From a candidate division FCPU426 bacterium (GTDB taxonomy: Bacteria > Oederibacteriota > Muellerivitia > Muellerivitales > Muellerivitaceae): a DNA stretch of 58,855 nucleotides. Position 1 is the stretch's first letter, and each line of letters opens with the position of its first letter. The stretch is taken from contig CAWKAR010000031.1 in assembly GCA_963847625.1 (NCBI GenBank), positions 1 through 58,855 of the forward strand, read 5' to 3'. Both the position numbers and the translations under genes were made by a program. Shown here one piece after another: positions 58,211-58,855 of this stretch. The notes under the pieces are model-generated. The model had not been told where the DNA came from. It saw only the letters and a list, made by a program, of their open reading frames with translations, and did not search any database.

Positions 58211-58468
58211 CTGTTCGAAAAATCGTACGTCATGGGGAGCCATTTCATCCGACCCTAAGTAATCCCCCCCACCGATCTATTTAGATTTTCCTTCCCCAAA
58301 CTTTTCCACCCAAAGAAAAAATAACCCGGCAATAAATTAGGTCACCTAACCAGCCCAAAGGATGCCGCCTACCGGCACGAGTCGTGCCAGTTACCGGCAT
58401 GGGGGATAACCCGCTCTCATTCCGGGTGGCATCTGTCGGTGCGGAGGATAAACCAGTTCAGGGCCCCG

Positions 58469-58548
58469 TTAACCCATAAAACGAGACTTAATCCATAAAA
58501 CGAAACTGGGCTAACCCATTAAATGGGACTTAACCCATTAAACGGAAC
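58469..58548. repeat. Four 19-bp direct repeats, consensus TTAACCCATWAAACGRRAC
   Basis: Units at 58469, 58488, 58511 and 58530. Confidence 0.85.
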
Positions 58549-58558
58549 AGGAATTGCC

Positions 58559-58836
58559 GTCGGCATGGGGGATAAACTGCCCACATTCCCGGGAACATCC
58601 GTCGGCAAGGGAGATAAACTGCCCACATTCCTGGTAACATTTGCCGGTAGGGAAGATAAACTGTCCACATTCCCGGGAACATCCGTCGGCAAGGGAGATA
58701 AACTGCCCACATTCCTGGTAACATTTGCCGGCAGGGGGAGATAAACTGCCCACATTCCCGGTGTCATTTGCCGGCAGGGGGAGATAAACTGCCCACATTC
58801 CTGGTGTCATTTGCCGACAGGGGGGATAAACCGCCC
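58559..58836. repeat. Tandem array of 42/43-bp units (6 full + 1 partial); degenerate copies at 58393-58454
   Basis: Units start at 58559, 58601, 58643, 58685, 58727, 58770 and 58813; core GATAAACTGCCCACATTCC. Confidence 0.93.
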
Positions 58837-58855
58837 TGGACTGCGCCCTTACTGA

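Noticed and set aside
58519..58810. Short repeat-peptide ORFs on both strands
   Set aside because: No SD, frames broken by the 43-bp units, open on both strands merely because of periodicity.
58559..58836. CRISPR array (GGGGATAAACCG resembles the type I-E repeat end)
   Set aside because: Units are contiguous tandem copies with no unique spacers, the period is only 42-43 bp, and no cas genes are present.

Overview
GC-rich chromosomal window from a diderm bacterium (TolC, hldD/rfaD, lipoproteins). It is probably an entire contig, since it starts exactly at an IS terminal repeat and ends inside a tandem array. The first 9 kb carries three unrelated insertion sequences (IS630, IS30, and an IS481-like element with a frameshifted transposase), each landed in or beside a different non-coding repeat. 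The same stretch holds a 215-bp direct repeat bracketing a small pilin-like gene, lipA, and a small intact ORF that looks like a catalytically dead REP-associated HUH transposase (RAYT) beside a REP-like palindrome pair. Next come pncA/pncB, a Phd-ParE toxin-antitoxin pair, a TatT-type TRAP transporter, and a TetR/ECF-sigma/TolC/two-RND cluster with no periplasmic adaptor. Further on are two tandem GT-C glycosyltransferases plus a TMTC-like one, a DEAD-box helicase, Thr/Pro-rich secreted proteins, a NYN nuclease, GH27 and GH50-like hydrolases, a stand-alone Fe-S RecB-like nuclease ending in a beta-clamp motif (QLPLF), pepF, a YeeE/YedE pair, purC and hldD. The window ends in 19-bp and 42-bp repeat arrays. 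No rRNA, tRNA or true CRISPR array was recognised. All family calls come from motif recognition by eye, not from database searches.
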